A DNA stretch of 64,000 nt. It comes from Anaeramoeba ignava BMAN (lineage: Eukaryota; Protista; Anaeramoebae). The position numbers and the translations under genes were made by a program. Positions 26,815 through 37,628 of the stretch are shown here, piece after piece (the first letter of the stretch is position 1; the number at the start of each line of letters is the position of its first letter). The notes under the pieces were generated by a model that saw only the letters and a list, made by a program, of their open reading frames with translations, did no database searches and was not told where the DNA came from. The DNA lies in assembly GCA_028826165.1 (NCBI GenBank), contig JAPDFW010000083.1:124001-188000 (forward strand), read 5' to 3'.

Positions 26815-27384
26815 TATTAATTTGTTTGTTTTTTTTAAAGAAGAAAAAAAATGAAAAAAAAATAAAAATAAAAAATAAAAAAGAAAAAAATTTTTTAAAA
26901 AGTGGAAAAAAAAATAAAATTTCTCCTTTTTTTTAGTTTAATCTCTTTTTTTAAAACAAATAGATTTGTAATTAATCTCATAATTTTAAAAAAGTGATTC
27001 CTTTTTAATTCCTTTCTTTAATTTTTTTAATTTCTTTATTTAATTCCTTTCTTTAATTTCTTTAATAATTTCTTTATTAAATTTTTTTTCCGATTTTTAA
27101 AAAAAATTAAAAAAAACAAAATTGAATAAAATAAATTAAAAGTCCACTTTTGTTTTTGTATTTATATTTGTTTTTTTTTTTGTATTTATTTTCATTTTTT
27201 ATTTTTATTTTTGTTTTTGTTTTTGTTTTTGTTATTTTTATTTATATTTGTTTTTGTTTTTATTTTTGTTTTTGTTTTTGTTTTTGTTTTCATTTTCATT
27301 TTTGTTTTTATTTTTTCATTTTTCATTTTTCATTTTTCATTTTTTCATTTTTCATTTTTAATTTTTTTTATTGTTTAATTAATT

Positions 27385-28808
27385 ATGGCAAATTTATGGG
27401 GAAAAAGACCTGAACATTCAACTGGAAATTCTTCACCATCACAAAACAAACCACAAAATGGAACAACAGGATTAACATTATTTTCAAACAAAAACCTAAA
27501 CACACCAACACAAAATACAAAACCAGGACTTTTCTCATCAAACTTTAAGAATCTTCCACAACAATCACCAATTAGACAAACTACATCATTCTTTGCAAAA
27601 CAAGGAGGTCCTGTTTTTGGGCAATCACTTGCAAACAGAACAAATTCTCAACATGTAAATGAACAAACAATGAGTCAATCTTCACAAATGGAAGTTTCAA
27701 AAACTCAAGATTTATTTGCAAAAAAACAAACTCATAATCTTTTTGCAAATTTTTCTTTGAGTCAAAATAATCCTCCTAACTCATCTTTTTTTGCAAAAAG
27801 GGATCAAAATCAAAATCAAAATCAAAATCAAAATCAACCTAAAACATCCATTTTTTCAACTCAAAATCAAAATCAACCTAAAACATCCATTTTTTCAACT
27901 CAAAATCAAAATCAACCTAAAACATCTTTTTTTGCAAATTCTCAAAAAAATCAAAATCAAAATCAAAATCAAAATCAAAATCCAAATCCAAATCCAAATC
28001 AACAAACTCCACTCAAATTACCCTTTCTTTCAACTCAAAACCAAAATCAAAATCCAAATCCAAATCAACAAACTCCACCTAAAACATCTTTTTTTGCAAA
28101 TCCTCAAAAAAATCAAAATCAACCTAAAACATCTTTTTTTGCAAATTCTCAAAAAAATCAAAATCAAAATCAAAATCAAACTCAACAAACTCCACCTAAA
28201 ACATCTTTTTTTGCAAATCCTCAAAAAAATCAAAATGAAAATCCAAATCAAAACCAAAGTCCTGTTAAAAGAACATCCATTTTTTCAACTCAAAATCAAA
28301 ATCAAAATCAAAATCAAAATCAAAATCAAAATCCAAATCAAAATCCAAATCAACAAATCAAAATCAAAATCAAAACCAAAGTCCTGTTAAAAGAACATCC
28401 ATTTTTTCAACTCAAAATCAAAATCAAAATCAAAATCAAAATCAAAATCAAAATCAAAATCCAAATCAAACTCCACCTAAAACATCTTTTTTTGCAAATC
28501 CTCAAAAAAATGAAAATCAAATTCAAAATCAAAATCCAAATCCAAATCAAAACCAAAGTCCTGTTAAAAGAACATCCATTTTTTCAACTCAAAATCAAAA
28601 TCAAAATCAAAATCAAAATCAAAATCAAAATCAAAATCAAATTCAAACTCAAATTCAAATTCAAAATCAAAATCAAAATCAAATTCAAAATCAAAATTTT
28701 GAAGGTTTAAGTGAACAAGATATTAAAGCCTATAAAGCAGACAAATTCCAACCAGGACAAATTCCATTATTTCCTCCACCTCCAAGTTTAATTCAACAGT
28801 TAAATTAA
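27385..28808 (+). CDS. Nucleoporin NUP42/NUPL2/CG1-like protein with Phe-rich repeats
   Basis: Low-complexity N/Q/S/T/P region with repeated PKTSFFAN/TSIFST. After a 1-nt slip in the QN tract (~28356) the frame ends EGLSEQDIKAYKADKFQPGQIPLFPPPPSLIQQLN*, resembling the Nup42 Gle1-binding tail (L...FxAxKFxxGxIPxxPPP). Confidence 0.7.
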
Positions 28809-28983
28809 AACAATTCCAAAAAAATGAAATCAAAATAAGAAAAAAAAAACAATTTTCTTTTAAAAAAATAATAAATTTTAAAATTGAAATGATTCCTCTT
28901 TTTTTTTATTAAAAAATTTTTGAAAGAATTTTCTTTTGGAGAATAATAAAAAAAATTTGATTAAAATTTGATTAGAATTAGAA

Positions 28984-31900
28984 TTAAATTAAATCTAATT
29001 CGTTATCGCTATCACTTTTGCTTTTGCTTTTGCTTTTGCTTTTTTCGATTTTTTTGTCAACTTGTTTTTTTTCTAATGAATTTGGATTAATTAAATTATC
29101 AAAAGAATCTCTTCTTTTTGGTTTAACAGATTCTTTTTCTGTTAAAGAATTTTCAGGATCACTTAATGCTTTTCCTTTTTTCTTTTTGGTAGTTTTGATA
29201 CTCTGTTGTAATTGTTGCATTAAAGAAAGTTTTTTTCTATTGTTATTATTGTTATTGTTGTTGTTATTGTTGTTATTGTTGTTGTTGTTGTTTCTTCCCA
29301 AAATTGATTCAATAATTTCCTCTTCAGTTTTTCCTAAATTATTCAAAATATCATCAATTCTTGAATTGGTATTCAATTTATAAACTGCTTTTGCATCCTT
29401 CAATTCATTAATAACTGAATCTGACAGTTCATTTTCATCAATTTCATCATAATATAAAAATCGAATTAAAACGGACACCGCTTCTGCAGATTTTCCATTT
29501 GTATCAATAAAAACATCCTTATCACCTTCATTGCTTTGATACAAATCTTTGAAAAAATTACTTCTTGCAAGTAAAATCTCTCTATGAACACGAATTTTTG
29601 TTTCATCAACAATAACAACTGCATTTTTGCTTTCCTCATCATTATAAAGTCTTTTAAGATCTTGTTTTAATTTTTGGATCCCAAGGAAATTTTCCAAATC
29701 AGTTAAACCAAATGATTTATAAGTTATTTTAAATTGCGGATCCTCTGTATAAATTAAAATTCCAACAACAATCATTTTGATAAGTTTTTGCGCTTTATTC
29801 AAATTGAGTTTTTTCACTTCTGATTCCAGATTGGATATATTATTTTTTCCCAATCGCAATTCAAGTAATGTTCTATATGTTTTTAATGGTGTTTCCGATG
29901 TCTGGAGTTCAAGATCACTTCCAACTCCGGATAATAATAAATTGCTTAAATCATTCGCTAATGTCCCATATTTTTCTAACATTGTCTTTAAAGTTGTATC
30001 GCTAGATTTTAATGGTGATGTGCCCTAATTATAAGATATTTTTTGATATTAAATAAACATGAAAGAAATTCACTGTTTATTTTTCTTTTTCTTATTTATT
30101 TACCCACTTATTTACATTAATAAAAAAAATTTCCATTTAAGAATCAAAACACAAAAATACTTGTTTTTTTTTCTTTTTTTTACTCTCTAATATTTTTTTA
30201 TTCATAAATTTCGTTGTTGCGTTGTTTCATTGAATAAAACAATCTTACATTCTCATGGTTAATATCTGCTCCTTTAACAAGTAAAATCTGTGCAACTTTG
30301 TACTTTCTTGTATTCACAGCATACCATAACGCTGTATTTTTCTATCAATTATTTAATAAATCCATTTTTTATTCATTCATTTATTTATTTATTCATTCAT
30401 TTATTATTTCTTATAAAATAATCAAAAAAGTAAAATTTACATCCTGTTTCATTTTTTAAAATAATTATCATTTTCAAATCATTTTCTAATAATAAACTAA
30501 CATTCTTTTTTTTTTTTTAAAAAAAATTTAGGAATAAATAACAGATCTTTTTTTAGTAAATTGTTTTTTTTTTATTTACATTTTCTGCATCAATTTCAAT
30601 TCCTTTTTCAAGTAAATATAGTGCTTTTTTTTCAACATCAATTTTTGAATCATATGTACAAACTAAATGAAGAAGAGTACTTCCATCCTAACAAAGAAAA
30701 AAAAAGAATTGATAAATTAATATTCAATTTAAAATGATTATTTCTATTTTCTTTTTACATCCTAAAAATATTTTTAAAAGTTATTTCTTTCTTTTTATTC
30801 TTTTCTTTTTTTTTGATTAAATTATTACTGATTTAAAATTTAAATCGCCTCCATAATCAAAAATTAACTTGAAAACTTCAAAAGAATGAGATGAACAAAC
30901 TCGAGCAATTGGAGACATTACTCCCTTTTTTTTTAATATTAATAATTTTTTTGATTAATTTTTTTGTTTCTTCTCTAATAAATTATATATATATATTAAT
31001 CACTTTCTAAATAAATAAATATTAATTAATGAATAAATTAAATATGAAAAACATTTTTTTTCTCAAATTCAAATCTACTTTTAATTGTCTATTAATTTTC
31101 CCTCCTTTTTCAAGTAATAGTTGGATAATTTCATTTGAAGAACCATAACGAAATGCTATTTCAATTGGTGTTTCATCCTAAAAATCAATAAATCAATATT
31201 ATAAAAAAGAACAAGATTTCTTTGAATTATAATTTTACATTCTGATATTAATATAAACAAATTTTAGCTTTTCAAAAAAAAAAGTGAATAAGTTTTTTTT
31301 TAAATACATTCTAAATTAAAGAAAAAAAATTTTTTAGTTAAAAATAATTGATTTTTTGCTTATTTATATTTATACTGAAATTTGATTGATATCAGCCCCA
31401 GATTCACATAAAAGTTGAATAATAGATAAATCATGTTTTTTAACACAAGCAACAAAGAGACAATTTTCATTCTAATTAATTATTTATTTTTAAACTTAAT
31501 ATCAATATTTTTAAATTTTATTTTGTTATTAAACATTTACATACTAAATTATTATTAATAATAATAATAAATATATAAATTATATTTATTGTTTTTTACT
31601 GTTTGAATTTTAATTTACAATCTAAATTAAATTATTTTATTAATAAATAAAGATAAATCGGGGAATTTTTTTTGTTGTTGAAAATTTGATTTAAATTAAT
31701 ACATTCGAGGAATTTGGATCAGCTCCTTTTGTGATTAAAGTTTGAATAATGTGATTTGCTAATTTTGTTTGAATTGCTAAAAAAAGAGCTGTTTCTTTCT
31801 ATTATTTTATATTAACAATGAATAATTCATAATAAATAAGAAACAATTTTGATTTTATTCTCTTATTAGATTTTTACAGTCTTTTGTTTTTATTTGAAAT

Positions 31901-33520
31901 ATTAATTAGAATTCTAAAAAAAGAAAGAAAGAAAAATTTAATTAAATAATTTCCAAACCCTCTAATTTTTCCAAAACAAAAGCAAAAACAAAAACAAAAA
32001 CAAAAACAAATTGATTAAAATTAAAATTAAAATTAAAAACCGAAATGAATTTGAGTTTAATATCAATATATTTATATATATATACTGTTTTGAGTGATAA
32101 ATCAGGATTTGAATCAAGAAGTAATTGAATAATTGCTTGGTCGCGATGATAATAAATAGAATTCATTAATGGAGAATAACCCTTTATAAATTATTAAATT
32201 AATTTCATTTTAAATTCAAATCTAAAAAAGGTAATAATTGAATTGAATATTAAATATTTACTGCCTATAAATACAAAAATAAATATAAATCTTATTATTA
32301 TTAATAATAAATAAATAAATAAATAAATTTACATCCTATTTTTTTTTAAATTAAATTAAATTAAATTAAATTAAAATGAGAAAATATATCAATATTTTTA
32401 CATCAGTAATATTAATATCTGCTCCTGAATTTATTAAATATTGGATAACTTCCAAATTTGCATTTTTTTCAATTGCAAGATTTAAAGGAGTAAATTTCTA
32501 AATAATTTTTTTAATACGAAAAAAAAAAGATTAACAATAAAATTAATTAATTAATTAATGAAATAAATTTTGATTTACATACTAAAATTAAAAAAAAACA
32601 AAGCATAAATTTTTACTTAACTTATAATAAATAAAATATAAATACAAGCTAAAAATATAAAAATAAAAAAAATAACTATAAAATTTAATGAAAGATTTTT
32701 CAATAAGAATTCAATTATTACATTTTGAATATTAACATCTGCTCCTGATTCAACTAATATTTTCAAAATTTCAAGAGGAGTTAAAGGATCAGATACTGCA
32801 AGATGTAATGGTGTATTTTCCTTTTTATTTATTAAAAGCAAACAAAACAATTTTAATTTTAATTTTAATTTTAATTTAATTTTAATTTAATTTTAATTTT
32901 AATTTTAATTTTAATTTTAATTTTAATTTTTTAATTTTAATTTAATTTAATTTTAATTTTAATTTTAATTTTAATTTTAATTTTAATTTTAAATTTTAAT
33001 TTTAATTTTAAATTTTAATTTTAATTTACATCCTGTAATAAAAATTCGATAATTGTTAATAAAGTCAAAAAATAATTATTAATTCCTTTTAAATTACATT
33101 CTATTTTTTTTAATTTTAATCATAAAATTTTTTTATTATTGAAAAATTCAAAAATAATTTATCAATTTTTTACATATGTTTTTGAATTTAAATCTGCTCC
33201 TGATTGAATAATTTTTTCGAAAACTTGAATGTTTGATTTTTTATAAACTGCGAAATGTAAAGGAGTATTTCCCTAATTGAAAAAAGAAAAGGAAAAAGAA
33301 ATTAAAAATTTTTGAAATGAAAAATTGTTTAAAATTAAATTTACAAACTAAAAATTGAACAAAAAAAAAAAGAAAAAGAGAATATGAATTGAGATAATTA
33401 AATAATTTAAAATACTTCCTATTTTTTAACAATAAAAATTAATAAAAATTAATAAAAATTATAAAAATTATAAATTAAAAATACATTTTTTTTATTTGCT
33501 TTTTCTTTTAAATCTGTCAT
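28984..33520 (-). CDS. Ankyrin-repeat (10 full repeats plus a partial C-terminal one) - BTB/POZ protein; 32 exons including 20 single-codon microexons; ~704 aa
   Basis: Large exons: 33520-33485, 33272-33174, 32820-32722, 32497-32402, 32181-32086, 31798-31703, 31471-31376, 31177-31079, 30924-30829, 30687-30580, 30341-30249 and 30024-28984. Each internal one is a single ankyrin repeat (e.g. GNTPLHFAV...SGADLN, ENTPLHLAV...SGADVN). The last exon carries BTB motifs (LKQDLKRLYNDEESK...IRVHREILLARSNFFKDL...LIRFLYYD). All introns are GT-AG and phase 0. Confidence 0.9.
30104..33418 (-). other. Array of 20 three-nucleotide (single-codon) microexons
   Basis: AG|NNN|GT on the minus strand at 33418-16 GAA, 33347-45 TTT, 33100-098 AAT, 33032-30 GAT, 32648-46 CTT, 32581-79 TAT, 32335-33 GAT, 32264-62 GCA, 31961-59 AGG, 31880-78 ACT, 31621-19 ATT, 31543-41 TAT, 31310-08 AAT, 31241-39 AAT, 31006-04 AAA, 30761-59 GAT, 30504-02 AAT, 30443-41 GAT, 30186-84 AGA and 30106-04 TGG. 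Spacing is regular, at intron-sized intervals of mostly 58-81 nt. Confidence 0.88.
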
Positions 33521-33618
33521 TTAAAAATAATAAAAAATGAAAAAATGAAAAATGAAAAAAAATTTTTTTATTGATTTGGAAATTAAAATTAAAATTAAAA
33601 TTTGAATTAAAATTTGAA

Positions 33619-36600
33619 TCATTTTTGGTTTTTGTCAATGAATAAATGTTCTGCCCATGTTTGATCAATTTCTTGAATCGGATTTTTTGGAAGCTAAAAA
33701 ATTATCCAAATATTTCAAATTAAAATCAATATATTTAAATCAAAATATTTAAATCAAAATATTTAAATCAAATCAAATCAATTCAAATCAAAATATTTAA
33801 ATCAATATATTTAAATCAATATATTTAAATCAAAATATTTAAATCAAAATATTTTAAATCAAAATATTTAAATCAACTATATTTAAATCAAAATATTTAA
33901 AATCAAAAATATTTAAATCAAAATATTTAAATCAAAATATTTAAATCAAAATATTTAAATCAATTCAAATCAATTTAAATCAAAATATTTAAATCAAAAT
34001 ATTTAAATCAAAATATTTAAATCAAAATATTTAAATCAATATATTTAAATCAAAATATTTAAATCAAAATATTTAAATCAAAATATTTAAATCAAATATA
34101 TTTAAATCAAAATATTTAAATCAAATATATTTAAATCAAAATATTTAAATCAAAATATTTAAATCAATATATTTAAATCAAATTAAATATATTTAAATCA
34201 AATATTTAAAATCAAAAATCAAAATCAAAATTTAAAATCAAAATATTTCAATCAATATATTTAAATCAAAAATATTTAAATCAAAATATTTAAATCAATA
34301 TATTTAAATCAAAAAATATTTAAATCAAAATATTTAAATCAACTTAAATCAAAATATTTTAAATCAAATTAAATATATTTAAATCAAAATATTTAAATCA
34401 ATTCAAATCAATTCAAATCAATTCAAATCAAAATATTTAAATCAAAATATTTAAATCAATTCAAATCAATTCAAATCAATATATTTAAATCAATATATTT
34501 AAATCAATATATTTAAATCAATATATTTAAATCAATATATTTAAATCAATATATTTAAATCAATATATTTAAATCAAAATATCAATATATTTAAATCAAA
34601 TATATTTAAATCAATATATTTAAATCAATATATTTAAATCAATATATTTAAATCAAATATATTTAAATCAAAATATTTAAATCAATATATTTAAATCAAA
34701 AATATTTAAATCAAAATATTTAAATCAATATATTTAAATCAATATATTAAAATCAAAATATTTAAATCAAAATATTTAAATCAAAATATTTAAATCAAAA
34801 TATTTAAATCAATATATTTAAATCAAATATATTTAAATCAATATATTTAAATCAAAATATTTAAATCAATATATTTAAATCAAAATATTTAAATCAAAAT
34901 ATTTAAATCAATATATTTAAATCAAATATATTTAAATCAATATATTTAAATCAAAATATTTAAATCAATTCAAATATATTTAAATCAAAATATTTAAATC
35001 AAAATTTTTAAAATCAATATATTCAAAATCAATTCAAATTCAATTCAAATCAAATATATTTAAATCAAAATATTAATTACTTCATTCACAATTCGGAATT
35101 CAAAAGGTTTTTCACCAGTGAGAATATCCCAATCATTCATCCAAGTAAATAAACCCGTTCCAGCAAATTCAGCAAGAGGATTTAATTCAACAACACAAAA
35201 ATCAAGTTGATCTAACAATTTATCATCATAAATAAAAGGATTTGTAACATCATTTAGATTTTTATAAGTCATTAATAAATCTAAAACATAACTTTCAGAT
35301 GGAATTTTTGGAATAAGTTCTTCTTCAACAAATTTTTTGGCTTTTTCTAATATTTTATCTTTAGTTCTAAAAACTCGAGGAAAAAATAGGAATTGATTGT
35401 ATTGAGTCATTGATGTAAATTTTTTTTTGTAAATAAATGCTCTTAATTCTAATTCAACTGGAAATGTTAAAAAATCTCTTAAAAATATTGAAAGTGGATA
35501 TCCTTTTGGATCTTTTGAATATTCTTCTAAATCATCTTGAATTCGGAAACTTTCAACAAGTAATCTAACTGCATCTTCTCCATCTTTACATTTAAGAGCA
35601 TCTACAGAAGTGATATATAGGGCATGAACTCTTCTATTTATATCTTTTAATTTCAATATAATTATAAATATCAATATAAATATCAATACAAATATAAATA
35701 TAAAAATAAATATAAATATAAATATAAATATAAATATAAAAATAAATATAAATATAAATATAAATATAAATATAAATATAAATATAAATATAAATATAAA
35801 TATAAATATAAATATAAATATAAATATAAATATAAATATAAATATAAATATAAATATAAATATAAATATAAAATATAAATATAAATATAAATATAAATAT
35901 AAATATAATATATAAATATAAATATAAATATAAAAATAAAAAATATAAATATAAATATAAAAATAAATATAATTATAAATCTAAATCTAAATATAAATAT
36001 AAATAAATCTAAATCTAAATACAAATATTTAAATATAAATATAAATATAAATATAAAATAAAAATAAAAATATAAATATAAATATAAATATAAATATAAA
36101 TAAAAATAAAATAAATAAATATAAATATAAATATAAATATAAATATAAATAAAATAAAAATATAAATATAAATATAAAAATAAAAATAAATATAAAATAT
36201 AAATATAAATATAAATATAAATTAATAAATATAAAATAAATAAATATAAATATAAATATAAAATATAAATATAAATATAAATATAAATATAAATATAAAA
36301 TATAAAAATAAAACATAAACATAAATATAAAATATAAAATATAAATATAAAATATAAATATAAATATAAATATAAATAATATAAATATAAATATAAATAT
36401 AAAATAAATTAAATAAAAATATATAAATATAAAATTTATAACCAAATATCAATATAAATATAAATATAAATATATAAATATAAATATAAATATAAATATA
36501 AATATAAATATAAATATAAATATAAATATAAAGTTATTAAAATATAAATATAAATTTTATAAACATAAATATAAATATAAATATATAAATATAAATATAA

Positions 36601-37279
36601 ATATAAATATAAATATCAATATAAATATAAATATAAATATAAATATAATTATAAATATAAATATAAATATAAATATAAATATAAATATAAATATAAATAT
36701 AAATATAAATATAAATATAAATATAAATATAAATATAAATATAAATATAAATATAAATATAAATATAAATATCAATTTTAGATTTTATTTTTAAATACCT
36801 GTTAAATCTTTTTCATCATTATCAAAATTTTCTAAATCTTGAAGAGATTTAATAAAAATTTCTTTTGTTTTTGGAGAAGATAAAGCAGAATCTTTTGGAG
36901 ATCGAGAACTTAAACGAATAAAGAAATTTTCAGTTTTAAGTTCTGGTTGTTTTTTTGAAATTTTCTCAGCAAGTTGAACAAGAATAGAATCAACTTTCCA
37001 AAAATCATGAGTAAAATTTGGTTTTTCATATGTTTCTTTGAATATTTGATAATTTTTTCTAATTGAATCTGCTTCTTGTGTTGTTAATTCAAGTGAAACT
37101 GTTTTCATTGTAAATTTTTCAAGAATTTGCAAATATTCTTCAAGAAAAGTTTCTTTCATTAATTTTTTATAACTTTCTGAATCTGAACAAATTGTTTTTG
37201 TCATTGGTTTAGATTTATCAGAAGTTTGTGATGTTTTTTTTAAAGAAACTTTTTGTAAAGCTTTTAAATTAATTGCCAT
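33619..37279 (-). CDS. Cdc123/D123-like ATP-grasp protein with an N-terminal WH2-like motif
   Basis: Exons 37279-36799, 35643-35081 and 33693-33619. [65 protein letters not shown] and EFRI follow the Cdc123-family motif order. Confidence 0.8.
33730..35060. repeat. Intronic ~14-bp minisatellite (TTAAATCAAAATAT)n
   Basis: Fills the last intron of the Cdc123-like gene. Confidence 0.9.
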
Positions 37280-37628
37280 TTGTTTTAAAATTTTTTAGAA
37301 AAATGAAAAAATGAAAAATGAAAAAATAAAAACTTCTTTTTCTAATTATTTTAATTAAATTTAATTTAATTTATTCTAATTTAGTTGATTATTTTTATTT
37401 AATTTATTCTAATTTAATTGATTATTTTAATTTAATTTATTCTGATTATTTTAATTTATTCTAATTTAGTTGATTATTTTGGGGTGTTAAAAAAAATAGG
37501 AAAAATTTTTTTTTGCTTTTTGATCAAACTTATCAAAAAGAAAAAAAAAAAAAGGAAAAATTATTATTTTTTTTTTTGGAAATTCATTTTTTCTTTCTTT
37601 TTATTCAATATTCTTTTTATTTTTTAAA

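Noticed and set aside
30919-30926. aaag|GGA|gtaatg as a 21st microexon
   Set aside because: The sequence continues in frame as repeat 8 (GVMSPIARVC). It is treated as the start of the large exon, although use as an alternative donor that skips repeat 8 cannot be excluded.
32610-32625. Possible extra 4-nt microexon ataag|TTAA|gtaaaa
   Set aside because: It would shift the frame and leave flanking introns of only ~25-35 nt. The junction already has its two consensus codons (CTT, TAT).
30025-33484. U12-type (AT-AC/minor) introns as the explanation for the odd intron structure
   Set aside because: The ACATCCT-like strings on the + strand are simply AG|GAT|GT on the minus strand. No RTATCCTT donors or TCCTTAAC branch sites were seen.
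33730-35060. CRISPR-like or telomeric interpretation of the regular repeats
   Set aside because: No unique spacers, no cas genes and no G-rich telomere unit; the repeats lie inside spliceosomal introns.
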